Positions 25,646 through 38,414 of a stretch of DNA of 64,000 nt are shown here, piece by piece. The DNA is from Vicugna vicugna. Its lineage: Eukaryota. Numbering within the stretch: position 1 is the stretch's first letter; the number at the start of each line of letters is the position of its first letter. Below the pieces are notes generated by a model. That model saw nothing but the letters and a program-made list of their open reading frames with translations. It was not told the origin of the DNA and made no database searches. The DNA lies in contig MU058824.1 of the NCBI GenBank assembly GCA_013265495.1, positions 806,001 to 870,000 of the forward strand. Direction: 5' to 3'. A program made the position numbers and the translations under genes.

Positions 25646-26076
25646 CAGGGATCAACAAACTGACCCAGGCTGTATAAATAAGGTTTTTTTAAATAGAAGT
25701 ATAGTTGATTTATAATATTAGTTTCAGGCATACAACATAGTTTTTCAATGTATTTATAGGTTATACTCCATTTAAAGTTACTACAGAAGAATAGCTTTAT
25801 TTCCCTGTACTATACAATATATCTTTGCTTATTTATTTTATACATAGTAATTTATTTATCTTAATATCCTACCCCTAGCCATAAAAAAGAATGAAATTCT
25901 GCCATTTGTAATTAAAGTTTTATAGGAACACAGCCACACCCATTCTTTTACACACTGTCTCTGGCTGCTTTTGATAGACAACAACAGATGAGTAATTGTG
26001 ACAGAGACTGGATGGCCTGCAAAGTCTAATATACTTAATATCTGTCCCTTCACTAAAAAAGTTTGCTGACTTTCTG
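25646..26076 (+). mobile_element. MER58 (hAT-Charlie) carrying a small L1 insertion
   Basis: cagggatcaacaaact...aaagttttataggaacacagccacacccattc...aaagtttgctgactttctg; 8-bp TSD ttgtagcc / atgtagct. Confidence 0.85.
25688..25906 (-). mobile_element. Short L1 3' end with a small inverted sense piece
   Basis: ttttttaaatagaagtatagttgatttataatattagtttcagg (antisense L1 end) followed by sense tagccataaaaaagaatgaaattctgccatt. Confidence 0.8.
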
Positions 26077-26400
26077 ATGTAGCTAACACCATGTTAGTAA
26101 TCTTAGTGACCTTATTACACTGACAATTAATGTTGATTAATACTGTATTTGTCAGTAATGGTCAATAAAAGCCCAAAGTCTATATCATATGAACTGCCAT
26201 CAAGCTGCAACTTCTTGAATCTTAGATTGAAACAATCAGAAAAGTGATTCAAAGAGCAGAGTTCTAAATTTATTCTTGATAAAATTTAGCTTGTTTAAAT
26301 CAAGAGATGGAAAAAAAATTTAGCTTGTCATTTCATAATTTTTTTGTCCAGTGTGTTAATAATGCCTTTGGCTTCATATCCATTGCATCCCACTTTTGAG
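26077..26400 (-). mobile_element. L3/CR1 RT C-terminal fragment, antisense
   Basis: ggtcaataaaagcccaaagtctatatcatatgaactgccatcaagctg...agttctaaatttattcttgataaaatttagcttgtt resembles antisense L3. Confidence 0.55.
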
Positions 26401-26569
26401 GTGGGCCAGGGTGATGGACAAAGGCAGAGCAAGAGGTCAGAGGATGAGTTAATGTAGAAGCAGGACTGGAAATGAGCTTAACATGAGGGTGAAGCAAGAG
26501 AGTTCTGGATTTTGTCTTTTAAGGGGGTAAGGGTGCCCAGAGTCCTCTCTTCCTGGATGCTGGCTACAG

Positions 26570-26845
26570 GAAGTAATTAGATTTAGATGAGTTCTCAAGG
26601 GTGGGTCCTCTGTGATGGGATTAGTATCTCTATAGAAAAAGGAAGAGACCACTGTTCACTCTCTCTGCCTTGTGAGGACAGCATGAAGGTAGACATCTGC
26701 AAGCCAGGAATAGGGATCTTACCAGGAACGGAATCTGTCGGCACATTGATCTTGGAAGCCCTAGCCTTCAGCACTGAGAGAAATAAATGTGTTGCTTAAG
26801 CCACTTAGTTGATAGTATTTTGTTATAGCAGTCTGAGCTAAGACA
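26570..26845 (+). mobile_element. MaLR LTR 3' part (MLT1A-like)
   Basis: gtaattagatttagatgagttctcaagggtgggtcctc...aataaatgtgttgcttaagccac...ttgttatagcagtctgagctaagaca. Confidence 0.85.
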
Positions 26846-26869
26846 GATGTCATAGAAAATTTGCCTTTT

Positions 26870-27060
26870 TTTTTAAAAGAAAGTAACAAAAACCACGTAA
26901 TGTTAAATTTACTGTCTTAACCATTTTTAAGTGTACAGTTCAAATAGTATTAAATTCATTCACGTTATTGTTCAACAGATCTCCAGATCTTTTTCATTTT
27001 TCAAAACTGAAACTTCATGCCTATTAACAAACTTCCCATTTCCTCTCAACTTTACTTTTT
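26870..27060 (-). mobile_element. L1M 3' end fragment
   Basis: aaatttactgtcttaaccatttttaagtgtacagttc...aaaactgaaacttcatgcc. Confidence 0.8.
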
Positions 27061-28019
27061 AAAACAAAAATTATCAAAGTAGCTAAAGAGAAATACTAGT
27101 AGATATTTAAGAAACTGTACTTTAAAAGCAAAAATAAAGTAGAGCAATTTGGCATGATTTCATCGCTTGCTAATTAATACCCTCTTTTCCACTTAGGTCT
27201 TTGGAGAGAAAAAGTTTAATTCGTTCTCCAATTTACAATTTGAGCATTGAGAGCTTCAGGGGCTGTGACCCAGACTTTTGACTCTTGGTAGAAGGATCCC
27301 AGTTAGTGTCCTTCACAGCTATGACTGGCATGTGAAAGAAACCTTGAAGGAGAAAGCATCTCTTCTCTGGTGGTGTGCCCCAGAGGTTTATTTTTTAAGA
27401 ACCAACTCCTATTGTTGCCTTCCTTCTTACCGCTGAAGAAATTCCCTAGGGTTTTAGAATTCCTTCTCTCCAGAGAAGGAACTTTTTTATATTTCTTTTT
27501 TCATATTTTTTCATACTCTTTTTTTTCATATTTCTTCCATACGGCTTGCCCAAAGCCCAAAAAGGAGATTACTTCCACACGCATTCCACGTTTTTTGGCA
27601 TAAAACATGGTCAATTTATTTGCCCTGATGAAAAGGGCTTTCCTGTGCCAAAAAATTATCTGCAATTTTCCAGTTTATGTAGTGAACAATTTCTCCATAT
27701 ATGCAATTCACCTGTAAATTTTAGTGGTGGTTTTTTTCAAATATAGATTGTTATTTGAAAGTATCAGGAGTTATTAATCTTTACACAATGCAACTTCTTT
27801 TAATGGAAATATTTTTATATTTTCTGAATATATACAATTGTTGTAAAAAAATTCAAAGGTTAGAATAAAAATAAAAGTCTTCCTGCAATTATAGTCTGAG
27901 ATTATCCTCTATGTCTTAAAAAAGAAAGCAACAAACATTTAAGCAGAATTCCCAAGAGCTTTCATGTATCAGTTCAACAGAATGAGTTGCTGCAGAATAT
28001 GACACTGTTGTTGAGGTTG

Positions 28020-28295
28020 TGTGTCTGAAGACCAAGATTCCAGAGTGTGAGAGACCTGGGCTTGACTGCTGGCTCCACCACGTACTAGCTGTGTACCCTG
28101 GAGCAACTTACTTACATTATTTCTTTAAGCCACAGTGTCCTCATCTTCAGTGTAGGGATAATAATAATCCTCTGTGTAGGGTTAATTACTCACAGGCTTG
28201 TGGGATGATGTGATAAATAGAACATCTGAAGTGCCTGGCATTGGTGCCTATGATATAGCAGGTGCTCTATGCTGGTAGTGTCATAATTATAACTA
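28020..28295 (+). mobile_element. MIR SINE, near full length
   Basis: gacctgggcttgactgctggctccaccacgtactagctgtgtaccctggagcaactta...cctcatcttcagtgtagggataataat. Confidence 0.8.
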
Positions 28296-31124
28296 TATGT
28301 TTTTGTTTTTAATTATGGTAAAATACACATAACAAAATTTACCATCTTCACAGTTTTTAAGTGTATAGTTCAGTGGTATTAAGAGCATTCACATTGTTAC
28401 ATAACATCACCACCATTGCTATATTAATTATTAATATGGCTTTAATGCCCTCCCTGGGGGGAAAAAAAGCATAAATTTACTTCTCCTGTGTGAGGCTTTG
28501 TCAGAATAGATGCCTTCTTAGCCTCTCAAAATCTTTTGAAATATGGTCATATCTGTTTGTGTCTAGATTTCAAAAATCCCCTCATGTGAAGTGTTCAAGG
28601 CATCAGACTGATTCTGGTGTTATCTTGTGTTTGTAGCTGCAGAGGTGGGGGCTAAACAGACCTGCACAGCTACTCTAGGGTAAAATTAATTCCCTGATGC
28701 CCTCACTGACACTTTGCAGTGTCTTCCTCAGGAGGCGTTTCTGACTGCTGCCGGCCTAGGCTCTGCTAATGGAAGTTTATAAAGGCCTTCACAATTCCTA
28801 TGGTAACCCAGGAGAAAGGCTGTTGCCATGGGGACTAGTCAAGCCTATATAAACCTTCCATCTCCATCAGACAGATGAGAATGATGTGAGAATGAATCTT
28901 TTACTAGTTCACCTTCTGAAATTGCTAACAATTATCTCCGTTTTAGGAAAAGGATTCATCCTTTCTTTCAGATGGAAACTCATTCACATTTTCAGCTTAA
29001 AAGATGTATTATTTAAAAGCTTGTTTGATGATCTTGGTGTCAACCAAAGTCACCCAGAGAATGAAAATGGATGGTGATGGAACCATTTCCAAATTTCTGC
29101 AGTGTTACCAGCCACTAAATAACACTTATCACAAGCATATGAATTTTGTATTGTTTTAAAAGAATATATTTCTTTGAAATGTATTAACCCTAAGCTTATT
29201 TCTATTAATACATTTTACATTGTTTTACAATTGACTCTAGGAGAATATAAGAGCTCCCCAAAGGCAAGATATATGTTTTATTCACCTCTGTGTCCTCAGC
29301 ATCTAGTTCATTGTGTTGCGATACTAGGGATTCAGCAAATGAATGAATGACAATGTACACCCTCATGTTGATGATGGTAGGGACAGTGTGTACTGGTGTT
29401 AAAGTGTGTATTGAATGGAAGCTGCCTCTAAAATATTTATTCATTTATTAAAAGACAATTTATTAATGCTTACCAGATTCATTCATTCAACACTGGCTCA
29501 GTTCCTGCTTTGAATTCATGGAGTTAATCTTTAGTTATGTAACATTGCACAGAACAAAGTCCCCATCTTCCTGGAGTACCTGGTCTGTAGGCAGAGACAG
29601 ACATACATCCCTGTCAGAGTAAAATGAGATTGGTGTTAGAGTAGAAGCGTAACCACCATAACCACATTTAATTCAGACTGGGGCCTCAGGGAGGGAGGAG
29701 ATGGAGTCTGAACCAGGCCTTGGTGGATGAGTAGGAGTTTTGCAGGGAGATGAGGGAGGAGAAAGGTGGTTGTGTGTGGGAAGGATGAGATGAGCCATTT
29801 AAGGCAGCAGGAAGAGCATATGTTAAAGAACACAGCGCACTGAGAGAATGATAAGTATTCTCAGATGACTAAAATACAGATTTTCTGAGGGCCAAGGCAG
29901 GAGGCTGACCTGTAGCCAGATTATTATGAATCTAACACGCTATTCTTACCCACATTCTCCTCCTGGGCAAGTGGGCACTGAGAGCCTGGGTCTGCTGTGG
30001 GGTTCTGGCCGTCAGGGCTGGATGAGGGCATGTCCCTAGTTATTGGATGGAGAGGGTCCACAGAGTGCTTCCAGGAAGTATGGCAGTACCAGGCCCAGAG
30101 CTATAGCATGAAGAGGCCCACCATTCAAAAGGTCAAAGGGCCAGACCTGCCTTTGGCACAGCCAAAAGGAGTGGCAAGGTTGGAGAAGGTGGCCAGGAGG
30201 TTGGGACTGATATTAGAGGCAGTTCTCCCTTAGAGGGTGCTTATGCCTCTGCCTGTGGGTAGGTGGCTAAATTGGGACAACACTAAGGAATTTAAAGATT
30301 TTTCTTTTTTAGCAGAGGTAAGACATATTCATAGAATTCAGATCTGTGTTTTATAAACATCCTTCTAATGCAGTCAATAAGTAGGATGGGCAGAAGAGGA
30401 AATCCTGGAGCCAAGCAGAGGTCCAGGGAGAGATCAGTAAGTAGCTACAGCATGGAGAAGGGAGAGGAGTTCTCTCCTTCTTTCCTCTCAGATGTTTACT
30501 GATCACTTGTTATTTGCTGTGGCTTGTGTTAGGTTCCAGGAATGTAGAGATGTGTAAGATATGGACCTGCCCAGAGGTTCCTTTCTGTCTACTGAGAAAG
30601 ATGCACAAGTACAAGTTATTATGTAGGGTGCTGTGTCAAGAAGAATATAGGTGGGCTTGGCACATGGCTGGCTTTTAAACCTTTATTGAATGAATGAATT
30701 AATATAATTGACCATTGTTTAATGTTTGGTGTAGAGGGTGAGAGAGAGGAAATGGCTGAAGATAATCTAATCTAGTTTCTGTGACTGAGCAGATGGTGAT
30801 CCAAGAAGGCAGAACTATAGGGGGAATATTAGGCAGTAGGAAAGATGATGCATTCCAATGTCATCATAGTAAGGGAGAAAATTTCAGGCTGATGGGAAAG
30901 ATATCTTGGAGGATGAGGGTCCTTATGTGCTTACTTTCTGATGTATAAAGTTGTCTGTGTCTTGCCTATATGAAGGACACATGCAGAAGGTGGCTATTAA
31001 CCATGTTGTCGGCAAGAGACAATTTTCCTTTGCCTTCTCTAAATCTATCCCTCTTTCCAGGGTGAATAACCCTGGATAGTTAAAGCATTCCCATATGCAT
31101 TACTTTCATTACTTAACTGTTTGA

Positions 31125-31380
31125 GGGCTGTGTGGTATTGTGGAAAGTGCATAAAATTAAGGGTCAAAGGCATTAGGCTCAAAACCCACCTTATCCCTCA
31201 TTACCTGTGTGACTTTGGTCCAATGTTTAACCCTTTCTGAGTTCAACTTTCTTTCATGTAAAGTGGGAATAATAAGTGTGCCTCGCTTCCCTCCCAGGAT
31301 TCTTGTTAATAACAAATGAGACATGAAAATGCTTCGTGAAGTGTAAAGTGCAACACAGCTGAGAGTTGCCATCATTACTT
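31125..31380 (+). mobile_element. MIR SINE
   Basis: ctgtgtggtattgtggaaagtgc...ctgtgtgactttggtccaatgtttaaccctttctgagttc. Confidence 0.8.
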
Positions 31381-31859
31381 GGGAAGCTCTTTTCCTTACT
31401 TTCTTTGGTTCTACTGCATCTTTCTCAAATAATATGTAAAACAGACACCATGAGATTTTTCTTCACCTTAAGCTGACACTCTATGAGTCAAGCTGGTGAT
31501 GGTGTGAAGTTTGGAGATTGAATCAGGACATCTGTGGTCTGTTTGACACATTACTTGATCCTCCTCCCCAAAAGGGCAGAAAATTTGTTTTCTTAAACTG
31601 CATTAAAATGTGCTCAATTTAAACTGCTTCATCCAAATGTCACACATTTAGGGTAGAAAAGGGACTGCTGGGAGTAAGCTACCTAACAGAAGATTTTATT
31701 CAGTATTGATAAAAATGTCCTCACAATAAGGGTAGCAAAAGGAATGGGAGGGACTTCTGGAATGGCATTGGCATATTGTAGAGAGTTCTTAATAAACTAT
31801 TAACTATCATGTATCTTACAGTTATTTCACAGATTTTTCAGAGTAAGAAGATATCAAGG

Positions 31860-34110
31860 ATGTGCTGCACTTACTAAAACGACTTAGAAAGTGTTACCTC
31901 TTTTTCTACACTCTGGAAGAAATTATATAAAATTGATGTCATTTCTTTCTTAAATGTTTGGGATAATTTACATCTGGGCCTGGACTTTTCTTTGTTTGGT
32001 ATTTTTAGATAGCATATTCAATTTATTTAATAGAAACAGAATTTTCACATTTTTAAAATTCCTTTTTGTGTCTGTTTTAGAAAGTTGTGCTGTAAGAATT
32101 TGTCTATTTTATCTAAGTTGTCAGATTTATTGGCACAAAATTTTTCATGATATCCTATTTTTATGTTTTAATTTCTGTAGGCTCTGTAGTGATGCTTTGT
32201 TTTTCATTTCTGATACTGAAAATTTGTCCATATTTCTTTTTACTTGATGAATATTGCCAGGAGTTTATCAATTTTATTGGTCTTTTGAAGAGAAGAACCT
32301 TTGATTTTGTGTTCATTCTGGTTTTTTGTATAGTTGTTTTCTATTTCATTAATTTCTTCTCTTTATTATTTTCTTCATTCCTCTTTTTTAGAGTTTATTT
32401 TTATGTTCTTTTTATTCTAAGTTCTTGAGATAGATGCATATGTCAATGAATTTTAGTTCTTATTATTTTCTAATATAAGCTTTTAGGTCTATTTCCCCCT
32501 CAATACAGTTTTAACTTAACCTCTCCCAGGTTTTCATATGCTGTATAATTGCTGTCATTTGATTAAAAATGTGTTTTAACTTCCATTATCATTACATCTT
32601 TGACCCAGGGGTGTTGTAAGAATTATATTGCTTAGTTTGCAGACATAGGGGAATTTTTGAGTCTTTTTTTTTTTTTTGTAACTGATATCTAACTTAATTC
32701 CATTGTGGTCAGAAAACATACTTTAAATTATTTCAATTCTTTGAAATTTGTTAAAGCTTGCTTTATGGTTTAGCATATGTCAGTTTTTGTAACTATTCCT
32801 CATGCACTTGAAAAGAATATATATTTCATCTTTGCAGTATTGTACATATGTCAATTAGATTAAATTTGTTAATTACATTATTTAGGTCTTTGTTCTTACT
32901 GGTTTTTTTCTTGCTTGTTCTATTATTATGAGAAGTATATTAAAGTTTTCTATAATGATACATGTTTAACTATTTTAGTTCTATAAAATTTTGCCGTATA
33001 TATATATTGAAACTATGTTACTCGATGCATACAAATTTAGAAATTATTGTGTCTTACTGATGAACTAAATCTTTTATTATTATCAAAAGTATCTCTATTC
33101 CTGGCAATGATTTTTTTCTTAAAATTTACTTTGTCTGGTATTTATGTCACTTTCTTTGGCTTAGTGTTTGTGTGCCATATCTTTTCTATCCTTTTGCTTT
33201 CAATCTTTCTGTGTCCTTATATTTAAGACTCTTTTAAGCACCTATGAACAGGTTTTATATTTTGTTTTTTATTCAGTTTATAATCTTTATTCTCTAATAG
33301 GAATATTTAATATTTATATTTATGTAAATGTTATGTTTATATATTAGTTTATGCCTATAATTAAATCTTTTCTATTTGCTTTACCTGTTTTATGATTTCC
33401 CCCTTTTTGTATAAATAAATTTTTTATTGTTACTATGTTACATTTTCCCTATTAGTTTTTCAGAGATAGACACAAATATATGTGTGTCTTTTTTTTTTTG
33501 AAATTGTAAATTTTAATGTATTACATCAGATGATAGGAACATTAGTGACTTCTGGGTATGTCTTCCTCAGTCCAAGATTGATATTTTGGATAAATCTGAG
33601 GCTCCCAGTCTTTTTGCCACTATAGTTTGCGCAGGAATGCTCTCAAAGGCCTTCCTGAACCAACATAGCAGGATGAGTTTTCCAGCTGGGTGACTTCGGC
33701 TGTCCAAGTGTGTGTGTGTCTTTAATGGCTAGCCTAGCAATTAGGACATGCAAACTTGACTTATTACAGTTTAATATAAATTAATACTTTTATCACTTTA
33801 CTGACAATGCTAGGGACTTGGAACACTTTAATTCTATTATCTACTCCCATATTTCATGTTATTCTACACACCTTTTTGACCACACAAGATAGTATGATTA
33901 TTACAATCAGTATTCATGAATATTTGCCCACATATTTATGCTTACCATTATTCTTCATTCTTTCTTGTGTTTGAATGTTTTGGAGGAATCATTTTTCTTC
34001 TTTCTGAGGAAGTTCCTTCAGCATTCCTTCCAGCACAGGTTTGCTGGTGATGAACTCTCTCAGAGTCTTTTTTTAAATCTAAAAGTCTTCTCACATTGCC
34101 TTCACTTCTT
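31860..34110 (-). mobile_element. Old L1 internal fragment (ORF2 5' region), interrupted by a retrocopy
   Basis: ttcttctttaaatgtttgg-type and aattccattgtggtcagaaaacatact...ttctttgaaatttgtt motifs of antisense L1M; T-rich. Confidence 0.85.
33489..33712 (-). pseudogene. 5'-truncated processed mRNA retrocopy, parent gene unidentified
   Basis: Poly-T at 33489-33499; ATTAAA (tttaat at 33512-33517); TSD tgtgtgtcttt at 33481-33491 and 33713-33723 with a TCTTT/AA nick site; non-repeat insert. Confidence 0.75.
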
Positions 34111-34114
34111 AGGA

Positions 34115-35640
34115 AAAAAACTTTTTACCTTGAAAGATTTAAACTTACGGATATTTTCAACACAGGACAAAGAGATCCCATATACCCTCACCCAGATTCT
34201 TTGTTAGTATTTTACCATATTTGTCTCTCTCTTTATTATTACATTTTTCCTGAGCCATTTAAGAGTAAACTGTAGACAGGATGCCCCAATACTTCTTAAT
34301 ATTTCAGTGTATATTTCCTAAAAACAAGGATACTCTACAACATACCTACAGAACAAACATCAAAATCCATACAGTAATTAGAAATGTTCTTATTGTCCTA
34401 ATGATGTCTTTTACAGATGCAGGATATAATCCAGGGTCTTGTGCTGCATGTAATCATTGTGCCACTTTAGTCTAGAGTAGTTCTTTACTCTTTCCTTACC
34501 TTTCATGACTGATATTTTTGAAGAGTTTAGTCACATAATTTTGTAGAAATGTTTCTCAACTTGGATTTTTCTAATGCTTCCTAATGATTAGATTCAGGTT
34601 ATGTTTGTTAGGAAAACCATAGAAGTGATGATATGTTCTTCTCAGTGCATCATATCAGGTGGCATGTAATGTTGATTTGTCCCATTAATGGTAATGTTTT
34701 GTCACTTGGTTAAGATGGTTTCTGCAAGGTAACCACTCTAAGATTAATGAATAACTATTTTGTACTTAGCAATGAATAAATATTTTGTGTTCACTAACTG
34801 ATAAATATTTTAGGGTATGATACTTTGGAATGTAAATATCCTGTTCCCCATCACATTTTCACCCATTAATTTTAGCATCCATTGATCATTTTGCCTGAAT
34901 CATTACTATGATAGTTATCAAATGACAACTTTCTAACTTGTATTATTCATTGTATATTTATTAGTTGGCATTCTATTTTAAGGTACAGCTTTTTCTTCTC
35001 TCTCACTTATTTTTTATTCATTTATTTGTTTGTGTCAGTATAGACTCATAGATTATAATTTTATTTAATGGGTTATAATGTATGGTTATCATTACTTATT
35101 TTGATGCTCAAATGTTTCCTGATTTGGCCAAGCATGAGCATGTGTGTTTGGGAGACCAGAGATAGGTGGAAGGAGGGAACCCTTTCAAACTGGCCTTGTG
35201 TATTTTTTGACATATTCCCAAGATTTTTTAGTGCTTTCTTACTTTTTAAAATCACAAGATGTTCCTGGCTCATCTTGTACTTTCCTTGGGCTAGGGCATC
35301 TTTGCAATGGGCTGTGATTCCTTTCAGCAGAGAATAGTATTTTAGAAACAAAAATCTGGGCTACTAGGGGTGATCTGATATATCATGGATTCTAGGTCCT
35401 CTTTCTTGGTGGAAATAGCTAGGAAATGTATCCATGTACACACCTTTCCACACCACATAAATTATATCTATCTAAATTAAAAGTCATAAGTTCACATTGA
35501 AACATCCAACTGAACACCCTTTCCATATTTGAAACTCTTTTCTATGATAATGAGAAATCTGGGTCCCATTATCCTCAATATATTTCAGATATGCTTATTT
35601 ACTCAATAACTCTGTATGTAACCACTCCTAGCCCATGTGG
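34115..35640 (-). mobile_element. Old L1 (L1MC/ME-type) 3' UTR
   Basis: cccatataccctcacccagattc...agtgtatatttcctaaaaacaaggatactct...gattagattcaggttatg. Confidence 0.8.
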
Positions 35641-35654
35641 TGTCTTTGTATGAA

Positions 35655-35800
35655 ATAAGAAAAGATGTCCCTTCTGAATAAATTCCACCTGTCCCAGTAT
35701 GCACAGCTTTTTGAGTGAGAGGCTCGATTTCAGGCCCCACTAAACCTTTAGCTGGTTGCCTTTGTGCAGTGAACAACTTTCATAACCTACAGCAGTCCTG
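35655..35800. mobile_element. Small hAT element (MER91-like)
   Basis: gcctttgtgcagtgaacaactttcataacctacagcagtcctg. Confidence 0.45.
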
Positions 35801-36499
35801 TCAATTTCACTGTCCTCCTGACAGTTATTCCTTAATTCTTCTTTTAGTATAATTAAAATTTATATGGAGCACTGACAAAGATGGCACAAATAAAAAGCAG
35901 TTTGGGTCCAATAAGCTATCTCATTTTATTTTTACCTAACTAAACTCTTGTATGTGGTTTTTTCAAAGTTATTCATATTCTTAGGAATAGAGAGCTCAGG
36001 AAAATTTGGATGTGTTAACTCTGCTCTGCTAAGCCCTGGTGTTACTGCAGCTGATATATGGCATGCCTTTGGGCTTAGGAATTTTAGAAAAGACAAAGTT
36101 AGGGGGAAAGCGCTGAAGGATAAGCAAGGTTGGAAAGATGTGATATAGAGGAAGAGAAAGAGAGAGAAAAGAATATATCAGCCTGAGAATATATAGAAGG
36201 AAGTAGCTGAAGGGACCCTGATTGGCCTATAAAGAATTTTAAGGGGATTTTGTAATTGTTTAATATCCTCCCTTTCTAATTTTCTGATAAGCACAGAGAG
36301 AGAGAGGAAGAAATTTTTTATTTTCCAACCTTAATTTGAAATCCAACCTGCCAATTTGAAATCTTCCCTAATTTGTACTCTCATATTTCCATAGTCCCAG
36401 CCCCAATTCATGGCAGAAATTTGATTGTGAGGTGACACAAGCCTGAGATAGAATGGAGAGGAAAGAGTCATCTAGAATCAAAGAGGGCACAATGACAAT

Positions 36500-36780
36500 A
36501 GTCACAATAGCTAATAAGCATTGGGCATTTACTATGTGCCAATCACTGTTCTGTGTGCTTTACACACGTTCACTCATTTTAGCTCAGGACTTGCACAATG
36601 AGTAAGGTATTATTACTGTCACCCCTGTAGTACAGATGAGATAGAAGACTCAGAGATGTTGAGTAACTTGACCAGGGTCAGATGGTTATTGAGGGGTCAC
36701 ATGTGCATTCTGTAACCAGGAAGCAAACCCAGGTAGCTTGACGCTGGGGCCTTATCAGTGTACTGCGCTACCTCTGACAG
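36500..36780 (-). mobile_element. MIR SINE, near full length
   Basis: aatagctaataagcattgggcatttactatgtgccaatcactgttctg...cagagatgttgagtaacttgaccagggtca. Confidence 0.85.
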
Positions 36781-38414
36781 TGGGAAGGGGAATTGAGGTC
36801 TCCCTTAAGCCTCCTCCAGGAATCCCTGATTGTCTAGAAGCAAAGCTGGTTTTCATAGGTTGACCAAGCATGGGTATGGATGTTTGGGGGACCAGAGGCA
36901 GGTAATGAGAAGGTGTGTGCAATGACACAGAACCAGGACTAGAATGAGACATAAGGGCACCTTTGAAAAAGAGAATCTCGAATGTTTGTTTAATATTTAG
37001 TAGGTTCAGGGAGAAACTGATTTTCTAGTAATAAAAATGGTGTGCCTCTTTATGTTAAAAAAAGATTTATTATGTCTACTCAATGCATATAACGCTTGTA
37101 TTTATTTAGAATTATCTAGGAATTGCGAATTTTCAGAATCAGATACCTTTTGGGGAGGTATACTAAAGAGTTTAAATTTTAAATAATAAAAGGAATCACT
37201 CATTTCCAGTGAACAGCACTTTACTATGTACTATTTGATTTTAGAATATTAGCTGGCTAGTCTCAGAGTTTGTGGTGCATCCAGTAGATGCACTGTATAC
37301 TTTGCATGTGCAAAGAATGAAAATACTCACCTTGGACTGGTTAGTGCTGACTAAGAATATTTTTAAAATTTCTATTCCAATCAATGTATTACATTGTTTT
37401 CAGCGGGTCCAACTTACATATTGGCAGTTTTAAAGGAATCATGCAGAAATCTGAGTTTGTAGGCACCATATTACTATTTTTCCAATGTTTTATTATTCCT
37501 TATAGATTGGTATCCCAAGCAGCTAGAGCCAGAACAGGTTATCGCAGGCTGTAAGAAGTCTTGATGTTAATCTCTTCTAACAGACTCATGAAAGTTGAGT
37601 CCTTTCCTTAGAAATGATCAGTAGACTGGACAAGCTTAAAGGCTATGGTCAACAGTGAAATGCAGCACTGGGTGGGGGTTTGAACTTGTTGACCTGTCAC
37701 GTCTCTTCTAAACATTAGAGCCTGTGAGTCTACGACTTTGGGTGTGGATGACCCAGGACCAGGAAGAAGAGCCTCAGGGAAATTTCCAAGCCTAGTTCAG
37801 TATATGAAGCCCAGCGATCATGTGATGAACATGATCAGTTTAGATGGAGATGAGCTAGGTAACTCCACCTACGTGAAAGTTGAAATCTTTTTAGTAAATA
37901 TGTGGGTCCTATTCATCTCAGGCAAAAGCAGGAGAAAGAATGACTTCCCAGATAGTGGATCTAGAAAGACTGTGCCTGATAATTTTTCTTGAGACTTATC
38001 TTCTTCCAGCCATCATCTTCATCATCCCCATCTCCATCCCCATCCCCATTACCACCATCATTAAAAGAATTGGCAACTTCTGAGACTTCTGATGTGCCAG
38101 CTTCTGCTTACACTTCTGCCTGTGATTTCTTTGTCTTTTTAGTATCTGGGGATTTGTCTTTCTTTTGAGCCCAGATACGTATTTTTAAATAGTTATTTAT
38201 ATTGCCCAACATATATGTGTTATAAGAGAGGAGAAGAATAAATTAATTCCAGCTCCCATCTGCCATGTTGCTGCAGTCTCCCACAGAAATTTGTTTATTC
38301 ATTCAACATCAACAAATATTTAGTAATTGCCTATTATGTGGCAATTACCACTCTAGGTTTTAGGGATAAAATAGACAAAAATCTTGGTCTTCATGAGGCT
38401 TAGTTTCCTGTAGA

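Noticed and set aside
37380..37560. Candidate small exons (ttttcag at about 37403, ttatag at about 37505)
   Set aside because: Weak donors and no recognisable peptide
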